The notes under the pieces are model-generated. The model saw nothing but the letters and a program-made list of their open reading frames with translations, did no database searches and was not told the origin of the DNA. The translations under genes and the position numbers were made by a program. A stretch of 63,132 nt of DNA, the filler included. It is 6 parts of 6 records of this genome, joined end to end, with 100 filler letters (N's around TTAATTAATTAA, not from the genome) between each part and the next. Parts side by side here need not be neighbours in the genome. Positions count along the whole stretch, not along the records: positions 52,584 to 56,852 come from SRR20825010_6700; positions 56,953 to 63,132 come from SRR20825010_6708; 4 more parts are not named here. One strand, given 5' to 3'. Positions 53,925 to 63,132 of this stretch are shown here, piece after piece (within the stretch, counting starts at the first letter, position 1; the number at the start of each line of letters is the position of its first letter).

Positions 53925-54012
53925 GGCAGGCCATACCTTACTAACTGGTGATATTTCCTTGCATGATATCTCCGTTTATTTCATCATATAAATGAATTAG
54001 TATGATAGTATA

Positions 54013-54027
54013 ATCACATATTGAGAT
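54013..54027. promoter_or_regulatory. Putative LysR box
   Basis: ATCACATATTGAGAT (T-N11-A dyad) between the divergent MFS and LysR genes. Confidence 0.45.
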
Positions 54028-54031
54028 AACA

Positions 54032-54892
54032 ATGAACCCGCAGAACTTCAGCCTGGACTTGCTCCGCGCCTTTGTCGCCGTCGCCGACACAAAGCATTTC
54101 ACCCGCGCGGCGGAACGGCTCAACTGCGTGCAATCCGCCGTCAGTATGCAAATACAACGGCTCGAAGACTCTCTCGATACCCGCCTGCTGGAGCGTAGCA
54201 AGCGGCAGGTGCGGCTGACCGAGGAAGGAAAAATCCTCCTCCGCTATGCCGAACGGATATTACAGCTAAAAGAACAGGCCGTGGCAGAGATCGGTCATCA
54301 GAGCCTGCCTGGCCGGGTCCGCATCGGGGCAACCGACTGGTCGATGCCCTATCTGCCCGAAGTGTTGAAACGGCTTGGCCAGAAATACCCGAAACTTGAT
54401 GTGGAACTGCAATGCGGCCGAAGCTGGGATGCGCTCGACGCGCTGGAGGCGGGCAAGCTGGACCTCGCCTTCGTCACCCAGAAATGCGGGCGCAAGGGTG
54501 GCAAGCGGATCAGCCATTCCCCGCTCACCTGGGCCGTCGTCTCATCAAGTAATGTGGAAGAACTGGATCCTGTCCCTCTCGCCCTTTTTGGTCCGGGCTG
54601 TATTTATCGCAAAGCAGCGATAGACGCGCTGGAAACGGCGGGCAAGCCCTATCGTTTTGCTTACGAAAGTCCGGATCGCGCCGGTTTGGAATGCGCGGTC
54701 TCCGCCGGGCTCGCGGTCACTGTCGTGCCGGAGGATTGCCTGACGGAAAATTTACGCGTTCTCCCTCCGTCCGCTGGCGGCTTTCCGCCCCTGCCGACCT
54801 TTAACACCTTCCTGTTCGGAGCCACCCCCCGGCAACCCGCCGCCGTCAAAGCCTTCGCCGATCTGCTCACCGAAACCGTGGGGAACGGCTGA
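54032..54892 (+). CDS. LysR family transcriptional regulator
   Basis: LDLLRAFVAVAD..HFTRAAERL...QSAVSMQIQRLE. Confidence 0.95.
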   Translation: MNPQNFSLDLLRAFVAVADTKHFTRAAERLNCVQSAVSMQIQRLEDSLDTRLLERSKRQVRLTEEGKILLRYAERILQLKEQAVAEIGHQSLPGRVRIGATDWSMPYLPEVLKRLGQKYPKLDVELQCGRSWDALDALEAGKLDLAFVTQKCGRKGGKRISHSPLTWAVVSSSNVEELDPVPLALFGPGCIYRKAAIDALETAGKPYRFAYESPDRAGLECAVSAGLAVTVVPEDCLTENLRVLPPSAGGFPPLPTFNTFLFGATPRQPAAVKAFADLLTETVGNG

Positions 54893-54905
54893 GCGGTCTT
54901 TTCGG

Positions 54906-55062
54906 TTGACGGTATGGCGGACTGGCCCTAGCCTGCTTCTCATGGAACAAAGATATCACATCAGACCCTTGGTAATCGTGATGGGACGCCCGCGCATGGA
55001 CCGGTAACGGACGCCAGACCGTTTCCCCATGCGCCTCCGTTTTTAATCGGGGGCTTTTTTTT
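54906..55062 (+). promoter_or_regulatory. Promoter, leader peptide and attenuator upstream of the Bcr/CflA exporter
   Basis: TTGACG-N17-TAGCCT. uORF 54942-55007 MEQRYHIRPLVIVMGRPRMDR. Alternative stems GCGCATGG/CCATGCGC versus GCCTCCG/CGGGGGC-T8. Confidence 0.65.
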
Positions 55063-55087
55063 GCGAAAAATAAAAACGAGAATAGAT

Positions 55088-56287
55088 ATGCCCTTCGCCG
55101 CCACAACTCCGCCCCGGACCCTTTCGCTGGTTGTTTTTACCGCACTCGCGACGTTATCGCTCAACATGTTTGTGCCGTCCCTTGCCAATATGGCCCTCGA
55201 TTTCGAGGCGGAGTACGCGCTTCTGGCGCTGGCCATTGCGGGATATCTCGCGGTAACGGCCGTATTGATGCTCATCCTCGGGCCCCTTTCCGATCGATAC
55301 GGGCGGCGGCCCATCCTGCTCGTCGCGTTCAGCATTTTCACCGTCGCCTCGATCGTCTGCGCGGTCACGACGAATGTCTGGGTGTTCCTTCTTTTCCGGG
55401 TCTTTCAGGGCGCTGCCATTGCGGGCTGGGGTATCTCGCTTGCCGTCGTGCGCGACACCTCCGCGCCGCAGGATGCCGCGAAGCGCATCAGTCTTATCAC
55501 CATGGCGATGTCGGTTGCGCCGATGCTGGGGCCGATGGTCGGCGGCGGATTGGATGAGCTGTTCGGCTGGCGCGCGAGTTTCGTCGCCTATGCCCTGTTC
55601 GGCGCGGGCGCGCTCCTTCTGTGCTGGGTGGACATGGGGGAGACCAATAAAAACCGCAGCGAGAATTTCTCCCAGCAATTCAGAAGCTATCCCGACCTGC
55701 TGAAAAACGGACGGTATTGGGATTATACCATCTGCATGGCCTTCTCCACCGGCTGTTTCTATATCTTTATTACCGGCGCGCCCGTGGTGGCGATGACGCT
55801 GCTCGGCCTCTCGCCTGCCATGCTCGGGGTTTATATGGGGACGATCACCGTCGGTTTCACCTTCAGCACCTTCCTTTCAAGCCGCCTTACCCAGCACGTT
55901 TCGCTGACCAACCTGATCCTCGCCGGTCGGGTGATTGCTGTCGCCGGACCGCTGAGCAGCCTCGCCTTCTTTCTGACCGGGATGGGGAATGCCTATGCGC
56001 TTTTCGGGCCGCTGATGCTGATCGGTGTCGGCAACGGCCTCACCATGCCAAGCGCCAATACGGGCGCGCTCTCGGTCCGGCCGGATCTTGCGGGCTCCGC
56101 GCTTGGCCTTGCGGGCGCGCTCACGGTGGGCGGCGGCGCGGCGCTGACCACGATCACCGGCGCGCTGGTCTCTACGGAAAGCGGGGCGATGCCACTTCTT
56201 GCCATCCTGCTTGCCGCCACGCTGATCTCCCTCGCCGCCGCCCTGCATTTGAAATGGCTCACCCATCGGGGCGACCATGGCGGATGA
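55088..56287 (+). CDS. Bcr/CflA family MFS efflux transporter
   Basis: NMFVPSL, GPLSDRYGRRP, APMLGPMVGG, GWR, GETN. Confidence 0.92.
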   Translation: MPFAATTPPRTLSLVVFTALATLSLNMFVPSLANMALDFEAEYALLALAIAGYLAVTAVLMLILGPLSDRYGRRPILLVAFSIFTVASIVCAVTTNVWVFLLFRVFQGAAIAGWGISLAVVRDTSAPQDAAKRISLITMAMSVAPMLGPMVGGGLDELFGWRASFVAYALFGAGALLLCWVDMGETNKNRSENFSQQFRSYPDLLKNGRYWDYTICMAFSTGCFYIFITGAPVVAMTLLGLSPAMLGVYMGTITVGFTFSTFLSSRLTQHVSLTNLILAGRVIAVAGPLSSLAFFLTGMGNAYALFGPLMLIGVGNGLTMPSANTGALSVRPDLAGSALGLAGALTVGGGAALTTITGALVSTESGAMPLLAILLAATLISLAAALHLKWLTHRGDHGG

Positions 56288-56408
56288 TCGTTAGCAACTG
56301 TGGAGGAGAGGATTGCCCTACGCGCAATGGCGAGGCACAGTCGTACGATATGACGCAAATGGAAACAAACGGACCCTTCGCCTCACGACACTCTCCCCGG
56401 CAGCCCCT

Positions 56409-56852
56409 CTATTCCATAAAACCGGCTTTTCTCATCCCGCCGAGCAAATGATCGAGATCGGCCGATCGCCGAAACGGCAGGTTTTCGCCAAGAGAGCCAA
56501 GGCGTGCGTCCGGGATAATCGCGTATGTCGCCGCGACGGCCGCCCCTGCCTCGTCGTTCCTGCCCAACATAGCAAGGCTTGCCGCAAGGCACATGGGCGG
56601 GTGCGGCGAGGCCGGATTAAGGTCCGCCGCCCGTCTCGTGAAGTTCGCAGCTTCCTCGTAGCGGCGCATGAGAAAATAAGCCTGACCGCGATACAGCGGA
56701 TAATAGAACGGGTAAACCGGATTGAGGCGCGATGCGATGTCGATCAAGTCATGGACTTTTTCCGGATCGCCGTTAAACACATAGGCTCCGGCGAGGTTGG
56801 CATAGGCTTCGGCGCTGTTCGGCTCCAGCTCGATCCAACGCATAAAGGCCGC
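56409..56852 (-). CDS. TPR-repeat C-terminal fragment (adenylate cyclase/TolB-like TPR type)
   Basis: ELEPNSAEAY, RLNP, GRNDEA, GMRKAG. Confidence 0.7.
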   Translation of the reverse strand, partial: AAFMRWIELEPNSAEAYANLAGAYVFNGDPEKVHDLIDIASRLNPVYPFYYPLYRGQAYFLMRRYEEAANFTRRAADLNPASPHPPMCLAASLAMLGRNDEAGAAVAATYAIIPDARLGSLGENLPFRRSADLDHLLGGMRKAGFME

Positions 56853-56952
56853 NNNNNNNNNNNNNNNNNNNNNNNNNNNNNNNNNNNNNNNNNNNNTTAA
56901 TTAATTAANNNNNNNNNNNNNNNNNNNNNNNNNNNNNNNNNNNNNNNNNNNN
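56853..56952. other. Artificial contig linker
   Basis: N-TTAATTAATTAA-N. Confidence 0.97.
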
Positions 56953-56954
56953 GG

Positions 56955-57416
56955 GTGGCGCATGAGTGCATTCTCGACACCCGGCCGCTGGTGCAAAGCG
57001 CCGGCGTCACCGTCGACGATGTCGCCAAGCGGCTGATCGATTGCGGCTTCCACGCGCCGACCATGAGCTGGCCGGTGGCCGGCACGCTGATGATCGAGCC
57101 GACGGAATCGGAGGTCAAGGCCGAGCTCGACCGCTTCTGCGCGGCGATGCTGGCCATCCGCGACGAGGCCTGGGCGATCGAGGACGGACGGATGGACCGG
57201 GAGAACAACCCGCTCAAGAACGCGCCGCACACGATCGAGGACCTGGTCGGTCCGTGGGACCGCCCCTACGACCGCGAGACCGCCTGCTTCCCGGCCGGCG
57301 CCATGCGCAACGCCAAGTATTTCGCGCCGGTCAACCGGGTCGACAATGTCTATGGCGACCGCCACCTGGTTTGCTCCTGTCCGCCGATGTCGGACTACGC
57401 GGACGCCGCGGAGTAA
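56955..57416 (+). CDS. gcvP: Glycine dehydrogenase (decarboxylating), 3' fragment
   Basis: [32 protein letters not shown]. Confidence 0.97.
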   Translation: MAHECILDTRPLVQSAGVTVDDVAKRLIDCGFHAPTMSWPVAGTLMIEPTESEVKAELDRFCAAMLAIRDEAWAIEDGRMDRENNPLKNAPHTIEDLVGPWDRPYDRETACFPAGAMRNAKYFAPVNRVDNVYGDRHLVCSCPPMSDYADAAE

Positions 57417-57431
57417 CCCGGTCAACGATAC

Positions 57432-57459
57432 AAGGAGGCGGCTTTCGGGCCGCCTCTTC
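57432..57459. terminator. Terminator-like hairpin between gcvP and bcsN
   Basis: GAGGCGGC-tttcgg-GCCGCCTC. Confidence 0.65.
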
Positions 57460-57469
57460 CGTTTCCGGC

Positions 57470-58399
57470 CTAAAGATCACCAGGCAACGGAACGAGCGTC
57501 GGTTTCCGGATCGGCGCTACACCCGCTCCGGCTGCGGCCACGGTGACCGGCTTGTCCGGCAGCGCGCCCGTGGAGGCTTGCAGTTCGCCGGGCTTGAGCA
57601 CGCGGGGCCCGGTGGGCGCCAGGCTCTCCTCTTCGACAACGACCGGCCTGCTTGCGGATTCCGCAACGGACTTCACCGGGGCCACGGTTTGGCTTGCCGG
57701 TGACGGATCGCTGGCATAGCCTGCACGCAAGGGCACGCCGGAGCCTTCGGCGAAGCGCAGCATCTCGATCGTCGCGTCGGAGATTTCACGGACCCGCAAG
57801 CCGCTCATCATGGAAACCAGCGCCGCCTCGCTCATCGACGGGTGGCAGTAGCGAAGCCTGATCTTCGCCGCGTGGCGGGAGCGGGCCAGCTTGCCAAAAC
57901 CGGCCTGGTCGGACCGGCTGATATCCTTCGCAATCTGCCATGCGAAGATGCATGCCCCGCCGCCCGTGCCCGGGCCGGTCGCATATCCGAACGGACCCTG
58001 CAGGTTCTGGCCCGGGGCCGCGGCGATCGCCATCGCCCTGCCCGGCAAGGCGGCGCGGATCTCGGCCATGATCTCGTTCCTGGTCGGTGCCTGGCGATAG
58101 GACGGGTCCGAGGATGGCGGCGCGATGGAGACCGAAAGCGTGTTCTCGCCGGCCTCATATCCCGGGTTGGGATAGAGAATGGTCTGGAAGACATGACCGG
58201 GCTTCGAGGATTGCCGGACAGCCTCCACGCGGCCTGCGACCTGCGGCAGGTAGGCTGCGGCATAGTCGGGAGCGACATCGGCGATAAGCGCCGGCGCTTC
58301 GGGCCGGATCGAACCGGTGACAAGTGTGGGGTCATCCCCGGTGGCGCATCCTGAAACGGAAAGCGCCAAGGCCATCATGGCCATGATACGCAATGTCAT
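57470..58399 (-). CDS. bcsN: Cellulose biosynthesis lipoprotein BcsN
   Basis: Lipobox VSGC, GEN, GPFGYA, CIFAWQ, IRLRYC. Confidence 0.8.
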   Translation of the reverse strand: MTLRIMAMMALALSVSGCATGDDPTLVTGSIRPEAPALIADVAPDYAAAYLPQVAGRVEAVRQSSKPGHVFQTILYPNPGYEAGENTLSVSIAPPSSDPSYRQAPTRNEIMAEIRAALPGRAMAIAAAPGQNLQGPFGYATGPGTGGGACIFAWQIAKDISRSDQAGFGKLARSRHAAKIRLRYCHPSMSEAALVSMMSGLRVREISDATIEMLRFAEGSGVPLRAGYASDPSPASQTVAPVKSVAESASRPVVVEEESLAPTGPRVLKPGELQASTGALPDKPVTVAAAGAGVAPIRKPTLVPLPGDL

Positions 58400-58404
58400 G
58401 GGAT

Positions 58405-60471
58405 TTATCTTCCCTCCTGATTGTTGATGACGCCAAGCGCTGTCAGCGATCCCGTGTCACGAATGACCATGTTGAGCTCAGCGAAGATGGCTTTCGCCCG
58501 CTCGGTCTGGCCGAGATGGTAGTGCGCCCAGGCGCGCAGCTGCGTGAGATCGCGCGGTTCGGCCACGAGCGACGCACGCGCGTCAAGCGCGGCGAGGGTC
58601 CGCCCGTATTGCTTGTGGTCGTAGGAGGACCGCGCCCGCTGCAGATAGATTTCGGACTTGAGTTCGCGCGCACGGGCCTCCGGCAGCGGCCAGGCTGTGA
58701 TCAGGGCTTCGGCCTCGTCGGTCAGCCGGGCGCCGAGCATGGCCAGTCCGGCGCCATAGACGGCATCAAGCCGCACCTGCCCGGAGCCGGCCATGGCGCT
58801 TTCGAAAGAGGTCCGTGCCGCACCGAAGCGTTTCAGGCCGAGTTCGCACCAGCCGCGCACCACCGCGACCTGGGGCTTGGCCGCAGCCTGGCCGAGCCGG
58901 TCGAGCTCGCGCAGGCAGGCGGGGTAATTCCTGGCCTCAAGATGCCGGACATAGCTGGCGCTGACGCCCGCTGAGGGTTCACCGACCGAAGCCGCCTTGC
59001 GGGCCCTGGGTGCGGGCGCTGCCGCGATCTCCGGCCAGATCTCGGGATAGACATCACCGAACTCGGCCTTCAGAGCGGCGTAATCCTTTTTCCGGTCGCG
59101 GCGCAGCAGCGACAGCGCCAGACCCTTCAGCCGGTCCGGTGAAGCCTCCCAGCCGTAGGATTGGCGGAACCAGGCTTCGGCGGCCTCGAACTGGCGCGAA
59201 TTGTAGGCGTACCAGCCAAGAATTTCGGCGTGGTCGGAGGCGCTGGTTTCGAGAATGGCGGTCGAGTAGGCGTGCACGGCCTCCTCGCTCGGCGCACCCG
59301 CTTCGGGCTTGCCGAAACGCGGCGACAGCACGTTCATCAGGAAGACCGGATCATCGGAGAGATCAGGCAGATGAGCGGCCGCAAACTCGTAGGCGCGCGT
59401 CTCGTCCCCCTGCCGGTACAGGCTCAGATACATGCCCTTGGCATTGTCCGGATCGGGTGCCAGCTGCATGGCAAGCGCGAACCATTCCTCCGCCGCCGCC
59501 GGCTGCCCGGCCTTGAGGTCATGCCATCCGAGCAACGAAAGATCCTCGGGCCCGCGGCTGTTCCTGGCTTCAACCGAAAGCAGGCGCAGCTGGTCTTCGG
59601 AAACCGCCGGCGCATCCCTGGTCTCGTTGAACGCGGCGATCTCCTTGCGCGCCATGTCAAGCCGCAGCGCGCCGGGAAGGTACTCCGCCGACTGGTTCGG
59701 CCACAGGGTCGCGGCGAGGATCCGGATTTCGGAGGCCGGGAAATCCCGCAGTGCCTTTTGCAGGGTAACGACAAGATGGTCGTCGGACAGGCGTGCCGGG
59801 CCTTCCCGGACAAGCAACCCGCGAAGGGTGCGCGCCAGGCCATCCCGGTCCCCGACCGCAGACAGCGCGTCGATACGCATCCAGACGAGATCCACATCGG
59901 TCTCGCTTGCCGGATCGATGCCCGTCGACACATCGAGCAGACCGAGCCAGTCCCCGGCCTGCGCCAATTCGCTCATCCGCACCCGCAGCTTCTTGCGCGC
60001 AAGCTTGCTCTGGAAATCCGGCGTCGGCTCCCAGGCCGGATCATCGCCCTCGCGGCGAATGATCTCGGCATCGATGCCGGTAAAATCGTCAGCAGCGAAC
60101 AAGGCCCAGAGGCTGGTCTCGTCGGGAACCACCGCATCGGCAGCAAGGTAGAGATCCTGCGGCGGAGCAAAACCGGGATGCAGCACCTGCAGGCGCGCGA
60201 TTTCCGCCTCGACCCGTTCTGTCTGGCGTTGTCTGGCGTAATAATAGAGTGCCGCGGTTTCAACCGGATCGAGAGCGGGGCGATCGGCTGCGACCGGCTG
60301 GGTCAGTGGCTGGCCAGCCGCAACCGGCCGGGTTGACGCAGCTACGGCGTCCGCGGGGAACGGTTGGGAGGGCGCGGTGAACAGCAGGCGCGCCGAATCC
60401 TCGGCGATCGCGGGAACACAGGCGACGAAGGCCAGCATGCTGGCGCCGGCAAGGCAAAAAAGGGCTCTCAT
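58405..60471 (-). CDS. TPR cellulose export scaffold (BcsK/BcsC-like)
   Basis: ALYYYAR...EAEIARL, repeated LGW..Y/WF TPR motifs, no C-terminal barrel. ATGA overlap with bcsB. Confidence 0.72.
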   Translation of the reverse strand: MRALFCLAGASMLAFVACVPAIAEDSARLLFTAPSQPFPADAVAASTRPVAAGQPLTQPVAADRPALDPVETAALYYYARQRQTERVEAEIARLQVLHPGFAPPQDLYLAADAVVPDETSLWALFAADDFTGIDAEIIRREGDDPAWEPTPDFQSKLARKKLRVRMSELAQAGDWLGLLDVSTGIDPASETDVDLVWMRIDALSAVGDRDGLARTLRGLLVREGPARLSDDHLVVTLQKALRDFPASEIRILAATLWPNQSAEYLPGALRLDMARKEIAAFNETRDAPAVSEDQLRLLSVEARNSRGPEDLSLLGWHDLKAGQPAAAEEWFALAMQLAPDPDNAKGMYLSLYRQGDETRAYEFAAAHLPDLSDDPVFLMNVLSPRFGKPEAGAPSEEAVHAYSTAILETSASDHAEILGWYAYNSRQFEAAEAWFRQSYGWEASPDRLKGLALSLLRRDRKKDYAALKAEFGDVYPEIWPEIAAAPAPRARKAASVGEPSAGVSASYVRHLEARNYPACLRELDRLGQAAAKPQVAVVRGWCELGLKRFGAARTSFESAMAGSGQVRLDAVYGAGLAMLGARLTDEAEALITAWPLPEARARELKSEIYLQRARSSYDHKQYGRTLAALDARASLVAEPRDLTQLRAWAHYHLGQTERAKAIFAELNMVIRDTGSLTALGVINNQEGR

Positions 60472-62834
60472 CGATCGGTCCTCACGCCGGCGCTGGGAAC
60501 CATCCGGCCGAGCCAGATCGCGAAGACCGCCATCAGCGCGATGACCAGCACCACGTAGATCCGGAAATGGTCGGAGAACCATGCGGCGGCGATCCTGCGC
60601 AGATTGCCCGGACCGTAGTCGCTGAGCTCATGGGCGAAGTAGCCCTGTGCCCGGACGCTCCGGATCGACCGTGCATCGAGATCAAACACCACGCTTTCGC
60701 CTTCCATCCGGTTCCACACCGCCGGGTCGGCCAGCATCTCGGAGGCGTCGCGCATGTCGAGCGAGGTTTCCGCCGTCAGCCAGGTCACCACCCCGTCGCC
60801 GGAGACATTCGGGCGCTGGATAAGCACCGCCTTGCGGCGGGGATCCGCCAGTGCGGCGGAATCGCGACCGTTCTGATAGTTGAGCCATTGCCCGAAGGAG
60901 CGGACGAAATCGTTGAGGGTCGACGTCAGGCTGCTTGTCAGCGTGCCGCCGTCGCCGCGATCACGCGTGGTCTGGCGGAATGCGTCGAGCAGCGCCGCCG
61001 GATCGGTGGTCATGGCCACGGGAATTGCAGCGCCCGGCAGGTTGATCGAGGCGGTGACGATCGGATCGGCGCCGTCGAAGCCGCGGGCGAAATCGATCTC
61101 GCCGGCAACCGGGGGAAGACCGGCCGGCCCAAGCCGTGACAGCTCCTCGACCGCCCGTCTGGATGCGATCACCACGGCATTGCCGTCGGCGCCGGCGGCG
61201 GGCGGGCCGAAACTTATCCGCGACAGCAACGGAGCCCGGGCGGAAATGCTCATCCTGGCGATCATGGTCAAGGCCGTGGAGACCGAAACCGCGTCGGACT
61301 TCAGCACATGGACATTGACGGCGTCCGATCCCGCATAGGGATAGGCCGATCCGGCCATCGCCGCCAGTTCAGGCAAACGGGCCACCCGCGCCAGCGCCGG
61401 AACCCGGATTTCGGTGGTGTCGAGAAGGATGAACCGCGGCACGGACTCGTCGCGCTCGGCGAAAACGCAGCGGTCGTCGGCCGGGCGCTCCAGCTCGGCC
61501 AGCAGTTCGATCTGGTTGCGTCCGGGGCGGAACGCCCTCAGCGGCAATTCCAGCCTGCGGCCGGAAAACACCTGGCCGTCTGTATCGCGCATCGGCAGGC
61601 TCTTGACGATCTGGTCGTTGACCCGGACCAGGAGCTGTGATGTCGGCTTGAGGCCAGGCGAGCTTGCTGCGTGCAGCGCCAGGTCGAGCGTGGCGTATTC
61701 GGCCGGATAGAAATCGGCGGGCATGATCATGTCAAACCGGGTCCGGAACAGGCGGCCGCTGAACGGCGCGGGCACGTAACCGGTATCGGCGAGCGTATAG
61801 GCGGTGGAAGCTTCGGCGCGGATCTCTCCGGTGCGCCTGGCCCGGATGCCGCTGTCGAGCACCGGCTTGAGCGGCCCCTCAATGGCGTTCAGCAGCATGC
61901 CGGGGATCTCGCTTCCACTGGCTGAACGCAGCACCACCTTGCGGCGGGCGGGATCGTCGCCGGAGATGACCGAAAGCCCGTAAGGTGTATCGCCGCGGAT
62001 GGCCTGGAGTGATGACTGATCGTCGTCGCTGGCGACCATCACATCGATGCCCGGTCCCGTGCCGGGAGTTTCCGCAACAGTCACCGAAACATCGTCGCGG
62101 TTGAGGGCCAGCGCCAGCGTCTCGATCATCGGCGCCGCCCGGTTCAAGGCCGCCTCGCCCGACGCTTTCGGCAGCACCAGCCGCAGATCGGTCAGTCCCC
62201 GGTCGTTGCGTCCCACGGTGCGCAGGCTGGCGAACCCGCCGGAGCCGACCGCCGAACGGGGGCGAAAGCCCGACGCCTGCTCGTCGAATTCGGTCCAGAG
62301 TTCGTAGGTCGCTTCCATCGAGCAATCGACCCGGTGGCGCTGCACGGCGCGCAAGCGGACATCATTGACCCCGGCGCGCAGCACGGCGGGCGGTACGGCA
62401 ATGGAGCGGGCGTCGAACCCGGACGGAGAGCGGACCGGGAACTCGCCGACCGGCGAGCCGTTGACCATGACGGAGACCAGCGAGTTTTCCGGCATCACCG
62501 AAACCGCGTTGCGGTAGGCAAGCACAAGGTCGCCGCCGGCGGCGATGGTTTCAGCATCGAGCACGAAGGTGAGGTTGATGACATCATCTTCGCCTTCAAG
62601 CCGGAGAGCGGATCGCGGCTGCTCGAAAGCGGTCAGGCCGGCATCTCTGCCCGCGGCGACCGCTGCGGCATTGGCTGGCCGGGTCGACAGGATGGTGCTC
62701 TGGCCGAGGCCCCGCAACGAGACCGACGGGGCGGCGACCGGCGGTTCCGAGAGCAGGCTCTGGGCCATGGCGACGGGGGCAGCGGATGTCCCCAGAAGGA
62801 CAACCGCCGCCAGCGACGAGAACAGCTTATGCAT
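60468..62834 (-). CDS. bcsB: Cellulose synthase periplasmic subunit BcsB
   Basis: NAVSVMPE, QRHRVDCS..ATYELWT, PADFYPA.Y, C-terminal TM. Confidence 0.88.
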   Translation of the reverse strand: MHKLFSSLAAVVLLGTSAAPVAMAQSLLSEPPVAAPSVSLRGLGQSTILSTRPANAAAVAAGRDAGLTAFEQPRSALRLEGEDDVINLTFVLDAETIAAGGDLVLAYRNAVSVMPENSLVSVMVNGSPVGEFPVRSPSGFDARSIAVPPAVLRAGVNDVRLRAVQRHRVDCSMEATYELWTEFDEQASGFRPRSAVGSGGFASLRTVGRNDRGLTDLRLVLPKASGEAALNRAAPMIETLALALNRDDVSVTVAETPGTGPGIDVMVASDDDQSSLQAIRGDTPYGLSVISGDDPARRKVVLRSASGSEIPGMLLNAIEGPLKPVLDSGIRARRTGEIRAEASTAYTLADTGYVPAPFSGRLFRTRFDMIMPADFYPAEYATLDLALHAASSPGLKPTSQLLVRVNDQIVKSLPMRDTDGQVFSGRRLELPLRAFRPGRNQIELLAELERPADDRCVFAERDESVPRFILLDTTEIRVPALARVARLPELAAMAGSAYPYAGSDAVNVHVLKSDAVSVSTALTMIARMSISARAPLLSRISFGPPAAGADGNAVVIASRRAVEELSRLGPAGLPPVAGEIDFARGFDGADPIVTASINLPGAAIPVAMTTDPAALLDAFRQTTRDRGDGGTLTSSLTSTLNDFVRSFGQWLNYQNGRDSAALADPRRKAVLIQRPNVSGDGVVTWLTAETSLDMRDASEMLADPAVWNRMEGESVVFDLDARSIRSVRAQGYFAHELSDYGPGNLRRIAAAWFSDHFRIYVVLVIALMAVFAIWLGRMVPSAGVRTDR

Positions 62835-63132
62835 GTGACCGGACTCCCCCGACCGCCACAGGGATCTGCGGGGTCTTGCCCGGGATGCGGGCATTGGTGT
62901 TTGTGACGGTGATCGGCGCATCATCGAAGGATGCGACCTTCCCGGAGCGGCCAAATCCCAGGAGATAACCCATTGCCCTGAAGGATTCGACGATGCTCCA
63001 GCGGGCAAAACGCACGGTCCCGCTCAGGATATCGATACGCACCTGACGCCGGGTGATGCGGTCCTGCAGCGGCTTCTGATCGGAGTACATGATTTCGGCG
63101 ATGGCCATGAAGGTCTGCGGCATGCGTTCGGG
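62827..63132 (-). CDS. bcsA: Cellulose synthase catalytic subunit, 3' fragment
   Basis: Open frame (IAEIMYSD...RRQ) whose stop overlaps the bcsB start. Call rests mainly on position. Confidence 0.6.
   Translation of the reverse strand, partial: PERMPQTFMAIAEIMYSDQKPLQDRITRRQVRIDILSGTVRFARWSIVESFRAMGYLLGFGRSGKVASFDDAPITVTNTNARIPGKTPQIPVAVGGVRSHA

Overview
The window is a concatenation of six contigs joined by artificial N-TTAATTAATTAA-N linkers (21781-21880, 45152-45251, 49122-49221, 52484-52583, 56853-56952), so adjacency across linkers means nothing. (1) 1-21780: core gammaproteobacterial chromosome (Alcanivorax-like by gene order and style; inference) with pilR, a thiO-like oxidase, the type IV minor pilin cluster, ispH-fkpB-lspA-ileS-ribF, murJ, rpsT, proB-obgE-rpmA-rplU, ispB and yajG. 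(2) 21881-45151: an accessory island and the most interesting part. It holds an unnamed, translationally coupled membrane operon (4-TM coiled-coil protein, periplasmic vWA protein, MotA/ExbB-like protein with a long ZorA-like tail, MotB/ExbD-like partner), a DUF3883 nuclease, and a Cre-like tyrosine recombinase preceded by a loxP-like 13-7-13 palindrome. It also holds a Tn7-like tnsA-tnsB-tnsC-tniQ operon whose TnsA lacks its nuclease residues, an Ile-type tRNA gene with a 17-nt insert in the anticodon loop, a czcI-CBA-dmeF metal efflux block and an AT-rich orphan flanked by short hairpin repeats. (3) 45252-49121: taurine catabolism (xsc, tauR, tpa, tauA). (4) 49222-52483: branched-chain-type ABC transporter. 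(5) 52584-56852: MFS/LysR pair and a Bcr/CflA exporter with an apparent leader-peptide attenuator. (6) 56953-63132: gcvP end and an alphaproteobacterial cellulose synthase operon. All calls come from reading motifs by eye; no searches were run. Where a start differs from the ORF track, it was chosen from RBS position or stop/start overlap.
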